Positions 57,860 through 64,000 of a stretch of 64,000 nt of DNA are shown here, piece by piece. The stretch lies in NCBI RefSeq assembly GCF_009914755.1, contig NC_060939.1. One strand, 5' to 3'. How positions within the stretch are numbered: the first letter of the stretch is position 1; each line of letters starts with the position of its first letter. This stretch comes from the human T2T-CHM13v2.0 reference genome, Homo sapiens. The position numbers were made by a program, and so were the translations under genes. A model generated the notes under the pieces. The model was given only the letters and a program-made list of their open reading frames with translations. It was not told the origin of the DNA and did not search any database.

Positions 57860-58085
57860 AGCACAGGATTTAGTCTAAAAGCCTAAATTCAAAATAAGTT
57901 TTAACACTAACTAGTTGTGCAGCATTGGGCAAGTCATTTAATTTCTCTGGGCTTTAATTTTCTTCTCTGTAAAATAGATTTGATAATGCATACCTCACAG
58001 AGTGTTTACAAGAATTAAATATATGTGTAACATATGTAAAACCATAGGACAATGCCTGGGATAGTGTGATATAATATATCAATAA
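57860..58085 (+). mobile_element. MIR
   Basis: ttgggcaagtcatttaatttctctg...ctgtaaaat...tacctcacag. Confidence 0.8.
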
Positions 58086-58321
58086 GTTTTGATGCCATTA
58101 GGTTCAAGGGGCTCAACATCTGGTAGAAGAGATAAAATATCTACACAGATAACCATAATTTAAGGTAAAATGACTTATATATCCTCAAAGTGGTGAAGAT
58201 AAGAGGTAACAGGAAAAGCTTCCAACTGGGGGTAGGGACTTGGGGGAATCAATTATTGCACCATGGGGAAGGTCTGAAGGGTGGAATTAAAAGAAAGCTA
58301 AGCAGAAGGAGACATCATAAG

Positions 58322-58750
58322 CTACATTTGCCCAGGGTCTTCACGAAGCAGACACCAATATGACATTAAATGTATGAGCATTCAGTTAGTGGAATGCCTG
58401 TGAGCAAAAATGTGGAGTTAGAGGCGGGTGCTGGGAGAAATGTCAGACCTTAATCCAAGACTGGCTTCAGGGAAGGAGAGGGGAAAAGTCCTAGATAGGC
58501 GTGCAGTCTAATGAAAGTTCCGCAAGGCCATCGGGGAGTCCTGGAGCCAAGGTTGGCTGTTAGCAGAATCCATATCTCCTAGGCATGGACCTGTCTTAGT
58601 ATTTTTACCTGCTCAGGCATTGGCTGGCAGTTACCTATGGGAAGTGTGACCTCTGGGAACACCTGGTGCCAGGTTTCAGAGGGCAATAGCTGGAGGCCTT
58701 GGTCATTTCCCCTTTCACTAGTAGAAGTTCTGCCAGGCACGTTCTTATAG
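58322..58750 (-). mobile_element. LTR16-type ERVL LTR
   Basis: gaagcagacacc...tgcctgtga...tcagacc...gcaaggccatcggggagtcctggagccaa...cattggctgg. Confidence 0.65.
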
Positions 58751-59169
58751 CCATTTAATAAGCACAGGGGCTAGAATGGGTTGTTTTAGCCAGAATTAAA
58801 CATCCTACAGGCCAGTTGGGCTTAGACACAGAGCCAAGAACATTTATCTGTGTTTTGTTTATTTGCAAATGCAATAGGGGTAAGGGATGGCAATGAAGGA
58901 TGCAGTGGCAACGACGCTGCCCCTGCAAACACTGTCATTGTGGGTGTTGGCCCACACTGAGGCAGCCCATCCTTGTGCTTCACTGCACGGGCCCTGCTGC
59001 GTGTGGCTCCATCATGCTCCCAGTGGCTTCCCCTTATCAGAATAACTCAAAGTCAGCTTATAGATGTGACCACATCCCCAGAGGTAAGTTGCCTTCTAGG
59101 ACACCAAAAATCCTTTGTGAAGAGTAACCCAGAAAGGGCAGTGGGCAGTAAATTCCAAAGCATATCCCT

Positions 59170-59950
59170 ATCTGATAATTATATGTGCTCATCTCTAGCA
59201 CTCAGTCAAGGAAATTTAAGGGAAGCCTTGTTATTCCATTTTACTGATATTAAGGTTGAGGTGCATTAAAGTTGTAATTTTCCCAAGGTCATGCTTATAC
59301 TCTGCTAGTGAAACAAATGGAAAGAAAACAGAACATGAACTTGGAGGAACTCAGATTCAACCCTGGATTTGCCCATTACTAGTTTTGTGACCTTGTATTA
59401 GTACCATAAACTTTTTGAGTCCCAACATGTTCAAGTTTAAAATATGAACAATAATACCAACTTCATGAAATTGTTGTCAGGTTTAAATGAATAATGTTGA
59501 AAGTGCCTAGTTCCACACCTAGTCTAAAGGAGAAATTCAGTAAATGCTCATTTATTTCTTCTAATTATATGACTAACTGATTAGTTCAGGTAACAGTTAC
59601 ATCAGGACAGGCAAAGGTAAGAAGAAAAATCAGAAATAATTTTAGATAAAGTTGGGATCTCATTATTCCAGGAATATGAGAAACTATTGTGTGGTTAACA
59701 ATAAAGATTTGTGCGCTCAACAAACCTAGTTCAAAATTCAGGTCTGCCACTTACTAGCTCTGCATCATTGGAGAAGTCGCTTAACTCCCTGAAACCTGTT
59801 TCTTCATCTGTAACCTGTGCATAATGAGAGTAGCACCCTCATAGTGTTGTTTTGTAAGAATTAAATAAAGTAATTTTTTATAAAGTACTAAGAATAGTGC
59901 CTAAGCTCTAATACTCAGAATAGTGGTAAGCACTTAATAAGTGCCATTAT
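59170..59950. mobile_element. Cluster of three MIR fragments (- at about 59170-59300; + at about 59330-59550 and 59690-59950)
   Basis: MIR cores cccaaggtca, ttactagttttgtgacctt and tttcttcatctgtaa. Confidence 0.7.
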
Positions 59951-60257
59951 TGTCTAAAAACTATATTAGTATTTTAAGGATTATTATTTTTATTATTTAG
60001 TAGTTGTCCTAGGGCTCCCTGGGGATAGGTAGGAAAGGAGTGGGGCTGGGGAGCTCTTTCAGGCACCATTTCCTGATCAAATCCATAGAATATGCACAAC
60101 CTTAAAAAATTGAAAGTGGTAGAGAAGGTTGTTAAGAGCAAACAAACAATCAATGAATATATACCCATAAAATTAATCCTGGGGAAGTTGTATACACAGC
60201 CTGAGTTGTTTTTATATTGATATTCTTTTATTTTTTTGGCTTCCCTGAGTCTGTTTG

Positions 60258-60635
60258 CAGTCGTCCCTCCTTTACCTGTTGTTTCACTTTCCACAGTTTC
60301 AGTTACCTACAGTCGGCCACAGTCCAAAAATATGAAATGGAAAATCTCAGAAATAAACAATTACTAAGATTTAAATCTTGTGCCCTTCTGGGTAGTGTCA
60401 TGAAATCCTGTGCTTTCCAGCTCCATCCTGCCCAGCTCCATCCTGCCCAGGACTTGAATCCTCCCTTTGTTCAGTGTATTCACGCTGCAGGCACTACCCA
60501 CCTGTTAGTCACTTAGTAGCTGTCTGGCCATCAGATCAAAAAAACGTAGTATACTTAGTATATATAGGCTTTGGTGTCAAGCGTCCACTGGGGGTTTTGG
60601 AACATATCTCTTGTGAATAAGGGGGAGACTCCTGT
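60258..60635 (+). mobile_element. MER44A (Tigger7-derived MITE)
   Basis: TIR-like cagtcgtccctcc...ggggagactcctg; internal gttagtcacttagtagc; 15-bp tandem duplication ccagctccatcctgc. Confidence 0.8.
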
Positions 60636-61089
60636 ACTTATTTATATCTCTTACGGTCAGGAAGCTTTCAAGGATATATAAAATCCACCACTGTATAAAT
60701 TAAAATTAAATGTAAAAGAGAAAAGGAGATAGGAGGAGGCATAATGGAGATGCAGGAATGAAGATAAACATGATGGCATAAAGATTTAGACACTTGCCAC
60801 AAATGGGTTAGACATTTGGCTCCAGATTTTCTAGGAGGTAGAACTTAATCAGTTATAAAATCTTACCAATAAAAATCTGCCATTTGCTTAGGAGCAACAC
60901 AATGATTATCTGGTACAAAACTCATCAGATACAAATCTGCCATTTCAGTAAGCATAAGGATTATTTGGTGCAAAAGTAAGTAATGTTTTTTTTCTGCGGG
61001 TCCAAATAAGGTACCTATGGTGAACAAATGCATGAAACAAATGTCTTAGCATCATCTGTTCCACAGACACAGTGAATTCTATAAAGCTG

Positions 61090-61270
61090 TTCATGTTCTT
61101 AGAAGCAACTTAGCTTCTCTCCCTCAGTTTTCTCGTATGTAAAATGGGAATAGTATTCGTCTCTACTTTATAGAACTGTTGTGAGACTACATTAGTTAAT
61201 GCATATATAAAGTGCCTAGAATAGTGTCTGGCACATATTAAGCATCATATAAAGGTTGACTGTTGCTATT
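61090..61270 (+). mobile_element. MIR
   Basis: cctcagttttctcgtatgtaaaatgggaata...agaatagtgtctggcacata. Confidence 0.8.
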
Positions 61271-61679
61271 ATTAGGAGCCACCTTAAGGAGACTTTGACA
61301 TTTCACCAAAGCAAAATACATTGTTCTTTGTGAAGGTATTTCTTCCACATTTCACATTCTACTTTCTGCCTAGAGGAGAAATGAACTCTGGAGAAAAAAA
61401 AAAGACATCACTGAAATGCTTTGACCCACTTATTCCATTTCTAGGAATCCACTCACTCACCCCTAAAAAAGAATCTAAAATACACAAAACTTTAATGTAC
61501 TTAGAGGTTAACTATTGAGGTTACGGTAAAAGATAAAGCTGGATGCAAATCAACTTTCAATGCAAACCTTCAACATAAAGTAATGATTAAGTAACTTACC
61601 CTATGTCAACTGACTGCATAACCATTTAAGTCATTATTGTAGAAAAAAATAGCAACATAGAAAACCCGAAGTGTCTTAA

Positions 61680-62810
61680 CTCTCCACCCAGTTGTTTAGG
61701 CTGGAAATTTGGGAGTCACCCTTTAGTTCTTCACTTTCCTCTCTCTGTGTATGTAACTCATTAGTGAGTATTATTAGTTCTGCCTCCAAGATTTATTTCA
61801 AATATATTCACTTCCATTTTACTCCTTGCCACTTTTCTATCCAAAAAGACTATTCCAACTATTTTCTCCTAATGCCCTCTCCCAGCAGCCAGAGTGAGCT
61901 TCAATAAACATAATTCATTTTCTATCACTCCCTACTTAAAACACTTCAATTGTTTTTTCACAAGCTCTTTTAGATGATCTTTATATACTGTCTCTCTTAG
62001 TTATTCCCATAGTAATACTGACCGACAAACTACCCCAAAACTCAGTGGCTTAAAGTGATAATTATTTAATCTTATTTAAGAATCTGGAAATCAGTTGGAA
62101 GGGGCTGATCTCAGTGGGGCTTAGCTGGACTTGATGCCAAGCTGCATGTTGGATCCATGTCTGCTACACATCCCTCATTGTCCTGCTACCAGTGGACAAT
62201 CTAGTATATGGTCTTTCACCACAGTAACACAAGAGCAATAGAGTGAGCCCAACTGTGTGAGCACATTTTAAACCTCTTCTTCTATTATATTTGCTTAAGT
62301 CCCCTTAACTAAAGACATAGCTGAGCCCAAACTAAAGGGTTAGCAAAGTGTACTCAGCCACCATGAAACCAAAACAAGTCACATGGCCAGGTCCAACATC
62401 AGTGAAGTGGCCAAGTATATTCATTTCATGAAATTGGGTAGGAAAGAGGGAGTGAATATTTGCCTAAAAGTAATCCACCACATATGCCTTTCCACCCCCA
62501 TTTGAATTGCTCACCTTGAACCAGCCTCACCGGTTTTTTTGTTTGTTTGTTTTCAGTTCTTCAAACAGGACAAGCTCTTTCATACCTCAAGACATTTGAA
62601 AATGTAATTCCATCAAGCTCTAAGTCTTTGCAGAGCTGTTCTTCCTAATTTTAACTTAAATATCGATTCCTCAGGTCTTTTGTGAAGACATTAGTAGGTG
62701 ATAACCTCCTGTGATTCTCTCAGCATCTTGTTTCTTCATAGCATTTATATCAGTTTGTTATATTTTTTTACTAGCTTTGGAATCTGTCTTCCCTACTAGA
62801 CTGAGTTTTT
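61680..62810 (+). mobile_element. L2 fragment interrupted by an MLT1 LTR
   Basis: tgggagtcacc...cagcagccagagtgagctt...tcactccctacttaaaac...tctgtcttccctactagactg. Confidence 0.65.
61990..62482 (-). mobile_element. MLT1 (G/H-type) MaLR LTR
   Basis: aaactaccccaaaactcagtggcttaaa...aagtcacatggcca...ccaccaca. Confidence 0.75.
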
Positions 62811-64000
62811 CTTCCATTTTTCATATCGTTTGCAATTTTAGCTCCTATTTGCAATTAATAACCGAGAAGCAGGAGGATGCAACTCAGAAGCAGAGTCAAG
62901 AGTTTGCAAAGGTGCACATGCAGCTGAAATTCTACAGTTGCCCAATTCTCATTATTTCCAAGAAGATTCTTGCCTCCAGTATGAGCTTTCCTTCCTGAAT
63001 TTGGCCCTTGCTTCTTCATTTTACTAGGGTCTAATAAGTTAACCCCTTTGCCCTGCCTTCTCTTTTGAGGATATTTCCTCTTAAGTTGTGAGATATTCCA
63101 GGTCCTCTACCAGACAGCAGTTCATAAAAGCTTCCCCCTAGTAAGTCACCAGTAACCCACACAATCAGCCTCCTTTCCTCTGCTCTCTGAGCTGCTCTTT
63201 GGTCCATACACACTGGATACTGGCAGAGCTATGGCCAAAGCCAGGCCTCTTGTCTACCACTGTGGAACTCTTTCTTGGGATGGAAAACATCCTAAATGCT
63301 AGGTCAGTTTATACCAAGGCTTCACTCAGCTCTAAATAAGTCCTGATAGTAATGAGTCTTCCAGCTTCCTGCTGGAGCTTATGTGATGGTTCCAAGGATC
63401 AATCCATCAGACAATGGTTCCTATTACTGCTTAAAAGACAATGTCAAGCAGACTGAGGAGAGGTGACTCTGTCTAACTGGAGTACTTCGGTTTCCAGTTG
63501 GCTGGAAATTATTACTGAATTGCAATAAACTCACACTGACTGGAATGACCTATCAACACTAAATTGAACTGCACATTTCACAAAGAGGCCCAAGATGAAA
63601 TTTAGGGACAGAAACAACTATTGATTTTTTTTTTTTTTTGTAAGAGGAGTGAAACTAGCTATTGTATGATTTCTACACAAATGCATTTTTTGCTGAATGT
63701 TTCTTGTGGGAGTCTCTACTGAAGTATGCAAGGGTCATTAGAATAAAGGCTAGATTTTTTGAAAAGAAAGAAAGACAAGTTTGATAGTTGGTACATTTTT
63801 AGAAAAATTGGAATTGGAACCACCAGCTATTCATATTTACACTTTCCCCCACCTCTGTTCCCTCAATATCTCTCTCTTCATAGATATATTTACTCCCTAA
63901 AATGCATCTTAAAAACACCACCATATGCTTCCCTGGGCTCACACTTAATTCCCAACACCCACCCCCTTTGCCATCCTTCTCTATCCAGTTTTTTAAAAAA

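Overview
This window is primate nuclear DNA, almost certainly human, because it holds an Alu with AluYa5-diagnostic bases. It is AT-rich, CpG-depleted and non-coding. I found no intact protein-coding gene, RNA gene or CRISPR array, and most ORFs in the track are Alu, L1, LTR or chance ORFs. It begins with the tail of a heavily decayed, intronless MARK-family kinase pseudogene. The rest is a mosaic of transposons: a two-LTR MER21A/ERV-L provirus lacking RT, a twin-primed L1PA, about 12 Alus, MLT2A1, THE1D/MSTA, MLT1, LTR16, and many MIR, L2 and DNA-transposon relics. Between them are repeat-poor islands with clusters of epithelial transcription-factor motifs (AP-1, FOX, p63, GATA, SOX, GRHL, KLF, ATF4). 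From memory, and unverified, this fits MARK2P12 and the enhancer-rich KLF5-KLF12 gene desert at 13q22. I see no clearly new biological system. The best leads are the candidate enhancer cluster, a self-generated inverted-repeat/(TA)n structure at 26.0-26.5 kb, and a young AluYa5 whose truncation point looks like abortive twin priming. Repeat subfamily calls come from remembered consensus sequences, and boundaries of old repeats are approximate.
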